Part shown: piece after piece, positions 58,716 through 64,000 of the stretch
Numbering within the stretch: the first letter of the stretch is position 1
How the letters are laid out: every line of letters starts with the position of its first letter
NCBI GenBank assembly: GCA_965261395.1
Contig: OZ253462.1
Location: 2,976,001 to 3,040,000, forward strand
Direction: 5' to 3'
DNA: 64,000 nucleotides
Origin: Candidatus Latescibacterota bacterium
Lineage (GTDB): Bacteria; Latescibacterota; UBA2968; UBA8231
The notes under the pieces: model-generated
The model's database searches: none
Told to the model about the DNA's origin: nothing
The model's input: only the letters and a program-made list of their open reading frames with translations
Program-made: the position numbers and the translations under genes

Positions 58716-59695
58716 GGCAGCGGGGCGTCGTCGCGGACTAAGCCCTCGTCGCGGAGTTCAGCCCAAAACGGCGGGGGAATCTCCCGAGTGAGCAAGTCGA
58801 AATTCTCTTGCACGCGCTCGGGCTGCCGCGTCCCGGGGATGATGCAGGTGATGGCCGGATGGGCGAAGACAAATTGCGAGGCCGCGGCCCGCAGATCGAC
58901 TTGGTGGCAAGCGGCCACGGCCTCTAAGGACTTGGCCCTAGCGGCGATTTCGGGTGGCGCTTCCCGGTAGTTGTAGGTCGCGCCCGGGCGCGCGCCTTTG
59001 GCCAAGATGCCGCTGTTGTACGTGCCGCCGGCCATGATGCCGATGTTCTTTTCCACGCACAGCGGCAAGAGTTCGTCGAGGGAGCCTTGGTCGAGCAAGC
59101 TGTAGCGTCCGGCGAGGAGGAAGCAGTCGAAATCGCCCTCGCGGGCAAAGCGGGCCAGCATTTCCCATTGGTTCATGCCCGCACTGACGGCTTGGATGAC
59201 GCCCTCGCTGCGCAGCTTGTCGAGCGCGGGGTAAGCACCGTCAATGGCTTCCTGCCAGTGGTTGTCCGGGTCGTGAATGTGGAGGATGTCGATGCGATCT
59301 ACGCCTAGGCGTTTGAGGCTGTCTTCAAACGAGCGCATGACGCCGTCGTAGCTGAAGTCGAACACGGGTTGGTACGGGGCCGGGTCGTCGAACGCGCCCA
59401 CCTGTTGGTCTTGCTCGGTGGGGACCAAGACGCGTCCCACTTTGGACGCGAGCACATAGCTGTCGCGTGGCACGCCCACGAGGGCCTGCCCGAGACGGAT
59501 TTCGCTTTTGCCCGCCCCGTACAGCGGTGCGGTGTCTAAGAGGTTCAGCCCCAAAGACAGGGCGCGGTGCACGACGGAGACGGCTTGGTCGTCTGGTATG
59601 TCGCCGTAGAGGCCGCCGATAGAGGCGCAGCCCAAGCCGAGGCGGGTGACGCGCAGGCCGCTGCTGCCGAGGGTGATTTTTTCGAGTGGATTCAT
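58712..59695 (-). CDS. aldo/keto reductase (D-threo-aldose 1-dehydrogenase-like)
   Basis: DTAPLYG.G.SE, SKVGR, FDFSYDG, IHDPD. Confidence 0.9.
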   Translation of the reverse strand: MNPLEKITLGSSGLRVTRLGLGCASIGGLYGDIPDDQAVSVVHRALSLGLNLLDTAPLYGAGKSEIRLGQALVGVPRDSYVLASKVGRVLVPTEQDQQVGAFDDPAPYQPVFDFSYDGVMRSFEDSLKRLGVDRIDILHIHDPDNHWQEAIDGAYPALDKLRSEGVIQAVSAGMNQWEMLARFAREGDFDCFLLAGRYSLLDQGSLDELLPLCVEKNIGIMAGGTYNSGILAKGARPGATYNYREAPPEIAARAKSLEAVAACHQVDLRAAASQFVFAHPAITCIIPGTRQPERVQENFDLLTREIPPPFWAELRDEGLVRDDAPLP

Positions 59696-59785
59696 GGCGT
59701 GCTCCTTAATGAGATGGCTTCTAGTGGAAAAACAAAACATAGGCTAAACCACCCGGTGCAAAAAGCCCGTCCCCTTAGGGTCTGC

Positions 59786-59814
59786 TTGACGCTCACAGGG
59801 GCATGACGTACATT
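59786..59814 (+). promoter_or_regulatory. putative sigma70 promoter
   Basis: TTGACG-N17-TACATT just upstream of 59830. Confidence 0.55.
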
Positions 59815-59829
59815 AAGCGCCCTTTGTAA

Positions 59830-61293
59830 ATGCCTCAGAACTCCTTGAATATAAAAGAGATGTGTCAATTTAAGGCCAAGCTGCTGGTGCTGCTAATGTT
59901 GGCCGGGTGCACGGCCACCGAGGAGCCGCCGCAAGAAGCAATCCGCAGCGAGCGGCCGGCCTTGGCCGAGTGGCAGTGGGCCGATGGCGAGATGCCTTGG
60001 AACACTTGGGACGAGTCGTTGTTCGCACGCGCCCAACGCGAAGACAATCCCATATTGGTGTATTTGGCCGCCCCAGGATGCGAGGGCCTGTTTCCCGCGC
60101 CAACGCCGGCGTTGCGTCAACTAGTCGCCGAGAAATTTGTCAGCGTGCAGGTCGATCCATTCAAGCGGCCGGACATTGCTCGGCACTACGACAGCGGTGG
60201 TTGGCCGGCCTTAGTGGTGACCCTGCCGGACGGACAGGTTTTCGCGCGGGCCGTGGATATTCCGCCAGCCAATGTCGAGCCTTATCTGCGCCGGTTGCGC
60301 ATGGCCTACGAGGAAAAACGCGCGGTGCTCGTCGCCAAGGTGCAGCGCGCCGCCGCCCGTCCCGAGGTTGAGGGGCCCTTTGCAATAGATGACGTTTACC
60401 GTGCGTGCGCGGCCGCCTTTGACTCGGCCCACGGCGGTTTCGGCGGCCCGACCAAGTTTCTCGAGACTTCGGTATTGCGCTTCCTGCTCGTCTATGCCGA
60501 GGCGCGGGATGCAGCGCCGGCGCGGCAGATGGCCTTGGCCAGCTTGGACGCGGTGCTCGCCTCGCCGCTCGGCGATAGCGGTGGTTTTCGCGCGTACTCA
60601 TACTCGCCGGATTGGAGCGCACCCGCCAGCGAGCGGGACGCCCTCGATCAGGCGGCCATGCTGCATCTATTGCTGGAGGCCGACCAGTCCCGCTACACCG
60701 AGTCGGCCAGAGCACTACTCGGCTTTGTCGAGGGCACGCTCTTCGACAAAGCCGAGGGTGCGTTCCGCGGCCGCCAAGTCATGGCCGACACTTGGTGGAC
60801 CGACCCCACGCTCTACGCCGACCGCCAGGCGGCCCTGATACGAGCCTATCTCGCCGCTGCCGCTGCCCTAGGCGACGAACGCGCCGCCCAGGTGTCCCTG
60901 CAAGCCGGGGACGCACTCATCAACCGCTGTATTGACGGCCGCGGTCGGGTGCGGCACGTCTGCGACTCAGAGGCCGAGGGCAGTGCCGGCCTACTGGTCG
61001 ATCAATCCTTGGTGGCATTGGCTCTATGGGAGTTGGGCGAGTGGAGTGGGGAGGTGAGGTTTGCCACGGCCGCCGAGCAGGTCGCGCACTTTATGGAGCA
61101 ATCATACGATCACCCCGCGGCCCTCGGCCCGCTGTCGCACCGCGGCAACGCCCTCGCCCTCCAGCTCTACGGGCGACAGGGCCGTGCCGAGCGGGTGGTC
61201 GCCTTGGCCGGCGAGCCGCGCTTGGCGCAGGCGCCCGGCCGAGCGCATAGCTCGTGGGCGCGGGCGTTGCTGCTCTACGGCCCGCCGCTATGA
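59830..61293 (+). CDS. DUF255/YyaL-like thioredoxin-domain lipoprotein
   Basis: lipobox LAGC, W..W....F..A, VD...RPD, GGWP, D...GGFG...KF. Confidence 0.75.
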   Translation: MPQNSLNIKEMCQFKAKLLVLLMLAGCTATEEPPQEAIRSERPALAEWQWADGEMPWNTWDESLFARAQREDNPILVYLAAPGCEGLFPAPTPALRQLVAEKFVSVQVDPFKRPDIARHYDSGGWPALVVTLPDGQVFARAVDIPPANVEPYLRRLRMAYEEKRAVLVAKVQRAAARPEVEGPFAIDDVYRACAAAFDSAHGGFGGPTKFLETSVLRFLLVYAEARDAAPARQMALASLDAVLASPLGDSGGFRAYSYSPDWSAPASERDALDQAAMLHLLLEADQSRYTESARALLGFVEGTLFDKAEGAFRGRQVMADTWWTDPTLYADRQAALIRAYLAAAAALGDERAAQVSLQAGDALINRCIDGRGRVRHVCDSEAEGSAGLLVDQSLVALALWELGEWSGEVRFATAAEQVAHFMEQSYDHPAALGPLSHRGNALALQLYGRQGRAERVVALAGEPRLAQAPGRAHSSWARALLLYGPPL

Positions 61294-62189
61294 GAATTTT
61301 GGTAACAGGTGCCACCGGCTTTTTGGGCCGCACTTTGCTCTCCTTGGAAGGGGAAGCCGAGTGGATGGGCTGCGGTCGCCGGCCCACCGCCGAGGGCATT
61401 TCTTATCGCCAAGTCGATCTAGCCGACCGCAAGGCCGTGACCGCACTCGTCGCCGAGCTGGCTCCGGATTGGGTGATCAACGCCGCGGCCATGACCGATG
61501 TCGATGGTTGCGAAAAAGACGCGCGGGCCGCGCGGCAAGCCAACGTCGATATTCCCGAGACCTTGGCCGTGGCTTGCGCTGCGATCGGTGCCGGCTTGGT
61601 CCATATTTCCACGGATTACGTCTTTGACGGCAAGCGTGGCCCCTACGGCGAAGGGGATGCAGCCAATCCGCTGTCTTGCTACGGCCAACTCAAGCTCGAA
61701 AGCGAGGGCATATTAAAGAGAATGGAGCGCGTGCTAGTGGTGCGGACCCTGTGGCTATACGGATATGTTCCGCAGGCTGGGTCCAACTTCCTCACTTGGG
61801 TGCTGCGAGGGCTGTCTGGCGCCCAGCCGCTACGGGTTTTTGCCGATCAGTGGGGCAACCCGACCTACATCCGCGATTTGGCCCGCGCCTTGGTGTCCCT
61901 GTGCAGCAAAGAGGCGCGGGGTTTGTTTCACGCAGGTGGTGCGACCTTTATGACGCGCTGGGAAATGGCGTGGGAACTAGCCTGTTTTTTTGGAATCGAC
62001 GGCGCGTTGATCGAACCCGTGCCGACCCGTGCAGCCGGGCTACCAGCCGAGCGCCCCCTGCGCTCTGGTCTGCGCACCGACGCGCTGGAAGCTGCGCTCG
62101 GTCGCCGGCCCCTGAGCTTTGCCGAGGGGCTACAACATCTCGCTGCGGACCCGCATTTTCGCCGCGACTTCCCCCAATTTGCCCGCTAG
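61290..62189 (+). CDS. rfbD: dTDP-4-dehydrorhamnose reductase
   Basis: TGA.G.LG, AA.T.VD.CE, HISTDYVFDG, YG..K, DQ.G.PT. Confidence 0.9.
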   Translation: MRILVTGATGFLGRTLLSLEGEAEWMGCGRRPTAEGISYRQVDLADRKAVTALVAELAPDWVINAAAMTDVDGCEKDARAARQANVDIPETLAVACAAIGAGLVHISTDYVFDGKRGPYGEGDAANPLSCYGQLKLESEGILKRMERVLVVRTLWLYGYVPQAGSNFLTWVLRGLSGAQPLRVFADQWGNPTYIRDLARALVSLCSKEARGLFHAGGATFMTRWEMAWELACFFGIDGALIEPVPTRAAGLPAERPLRSGLRTDALEAALGRRPLSFAEGLQHLAADPHFRRDFPQFAR

Positions 62190-62190
62190 C

Positions 62191-62916
62191 ATGGAACCCA
62201 TACAGATTTCGCTGGTGACGCCCACGTACAACGAGCGGGAAAATTTGCTGCTGTTGGCCGAAGAAATCTTCGCAATCGTCGGCCAACAGCCGGATATCGA
62301 CTTGGAACTCATCGTGGTAGATGACAACTCGCCCGACGGCACCGGCGAGGTGGCCGAGTCGCTGAAGGCCCACTATCCTGTACAGGTGGTCCATCGGGCG
62401 GGCAAGCTCGGCTTGGGGTCGGCGGTGATGGCGGGTTTCGCGCAGTCGGCGCGGCCGCATCTCGGGGTGATGGACGCCGACTTGAGCCACGACCCGGCGA
62501 TCCTGCCCGAGCTCGTTCGCAGTCTGCGCGAATGCGATATTGCCATGGGCAGCCGCTTTGGAGCTACCAGCCGAGTCGAACAGTGGGCTTGGCACCGCAA
62601 GTTGATTTCGCAAGTCGGCGTGGGCGCGGCTCGCCTGCTAACCGGGGTCGAGGACCCGCTGTCGGGTTATTTCTGTCTCCGCCGCCAAGTGATACAGGAC
62701 TTAGTGCTCACGTCCTCGGGCTACAAAATTTTGCTCGAAATTTTGGTCAAGGGCCGCTATCAGCAGCATCGGTCCGTGCCTTTCGTCTTCCGCAACCGCC
62801 AGTTCAGCTCCAGCAAGCTGGACCTGCGCGAGTATTTGCTCTTTGCCAAACAGATCCTCTACTTCAGCGGCTACAAGCTCATGGGCCGCCTGCGAGGTGC
62901 TAGATCGTGCGACTGA
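62191..62916 (+). CDS. polyprenol monophosphomannose synthase-like GT2
   Basis: PTYNE.EN, DDNSPDGT, MDADLSH, DPLSG. Confidence 0.9.
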   Translation: MEPIQISLVTPTYNERENLLLLAEEIFAIVGQQPDIDLELIVVDDNSPDGTGEVAESLKAHYPVQVVHRAGKLGLGSAVMAGFAQSARPHLGVMDADLSHDPAILPELVRSLRECDIAMGSRFGATSRVEQWAWHRKLISQVGVGAARLLTGVEDPLSGYFCLRRQVIQDLVLTSSGYKILLEILVKGRYQQHRSVPFVFRNRQFSSSKLDLREYLLFAKQILYFSGYKLMGRLRGARSCD

Positions 62917-64000
62917 GCGTCGTCTTCCTCAGCTACAATACCCGTGACCTGACTCGACAGGCCCTCAGTTCTGTGCTTGCAGCAGCCGAAGGTCTAGAGA
63001 TGGAGATCTTCGTCGTTGACAATGCCTCGGCAGACGGCAGTGCCGACATGGTGGCCGAGGAGTTCCCGCAAGTGAAGCTCATTTGCAACGCAGCCAATGT
63101 GGGTTTTTCGGCCGGCAACAACGTGGCCCTGCGGCAGGTGACCGGAGAATACGCACTGCTGATCAACACCGATACCATTGTGCGCCGAGATGCGCTGCGC
63201 ACAATGGTAGAGTTTTTGGACGCGCACCCGGAAGCCGGAGCCTGCGGGTGCAAGATCCTCGACCCGGATGGCACCTTGCAGCTCGACAGCCGCCGCGGCT
63301 TTCCCACGCCATTGGCTGCCTTCTGCAAGATGTCGGGCTTGAGCCGCCTCTTTCCCAAGCACCCGCTCATCGCCCACTACCACATGACGTATCTCGACCC
63401 CGAGCAAACGGCCGAGGTCGAGGTGCTGTCGGGTTCCTGCATGATGGTGAGAAAGTCGGCCATGGACCAAGTCGGCCTACTCGACGAGGACTACTTCATG
63501 TACGGCGAGGACATCGACTGGTGCTATCGCTTCCACCAAGCCGGCTGGAAGATCTACTACGTGCCGACGACCGAGATCATCCACTTTCGCGGCGAGAGCG
63601 GCCGGGGGACGCCCCTGAAAATTCTCTATCGCAAGAGCCGCGCCATGTCGATTTTTGTCAACAAGCACATGGCGCGGCGCTATCGCTTCTTCCCGCTGTG
63701 GCTTTTGCAGGTGGGCATTGCCCTGCACGGGATGTTCCGCTTCCTCGCCCGGGCGGGCCGCACCTTGGCCATGCCCCTGATAGACGCCGGCTTGGTACTC
63801 TGCGGCCTGAAGCTGGGTTTAGCGGTGCGCTACCACCAAGATCTGGTATCCTTCATCTACCGCGTTGAGCAGGTCGGCAACCTCTTCGGCTTCGACGTCC
63901 AGCCGACGCGCTGGCTGGTGCCGCCTCCGTACTCGGATTTGCAATGGGCTGCTGTGTACGGTGCTTCGACCTTGGTCTGGCTGTTGGCGTTTTACGCGTC
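62907..64000 (+). CDS. GT2 family glycosyltransferase (WbbL-like) with C-terminal extension, 3' end beyond window
   Basis: hand translation from GTG: MRLSVVFLSYNT, VVDNASADGS, NVGFSAGNN, DEDYFMYGEDIDW. Confidence 0.88.
   Translation, partial: MRLSVVFLSYNTRDLTRQALSSVLAAAEGLEMEIFVVDNASADGSADMVAEEFPQVKLICNAANVGFSAGNNVALRQVTGEYALLINTDTIVRRDALRTMVEFLDAHPEAGACGCKILDPDGTLQLDSRRGFPTPLAAFCKMSGLSRLFPKHPLIAHYHMTYLDPEQTAEVEVLSGSCMMVRKSAMDQVGLLDEDYFMYGEDIDWCYRFHQAGWKIYYVPTTEIIHFRGESGRGTPLKILYRKSRAMSIFVNKHMARRYRFFPLWLLQVGIALHGMFRFLARAGRTLAMPLIDAGLVLCGLKLGLAVRYHQDLVSFIYRVEQVGNLFGFDVQPTRWLVPPPYSDLQWAAVYGASTLVWLLAFYA

Noticed and set aside
1-64000. CRISPR array, tRNA or rRNA genes
   Set aside because: No regularly spaced repeat-spacer pattern or recognisable structural RNA seen; the tandem repeats are in-frame coding repeats.

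Overview
GC-rich bacterial chromosome window. The FlgD-Ig/'NPFN' C-terminal sorting proteins, sulfatases, PhyH dioxygenases, and collagen, WD40 and LRR surface proteins suggest a Latescibacterota/Gemmatimonadota-like, possibly sponge-associated, organism (inference). The backbone is housekeeping and catabolic: a minus-strand sugar-acid/sulfatase operon that runs straight into a type I-E-like cas3 (cut by the window edge), trxB, rsmA, rsfS, mtnA, mltD-mreD-mrdA-rodA, parA, mazG, ppk2 and the start of a polysaccharide locus. The most notable signal is structural. Three surface-protein cargo segments sit between convergent host genes, each bounded by a short direct repeat (9, 18 and 9 bp), and none carries an integrase. 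One of them (orphan DNA methyltransferase plus collagen lipoprotein) is also bracketed by a perfect 24-bp inverted repeat, and flipping it would leave the host gene intact. Another was later split by a non-autonomous IS1-like element with 20-bp TIRs, an 8-bp TSD and passenger genes. GTAG-type REP palindromes and a 145-bp MITE are also present. No CRISPR array, tRNA or rRNA was recognised.
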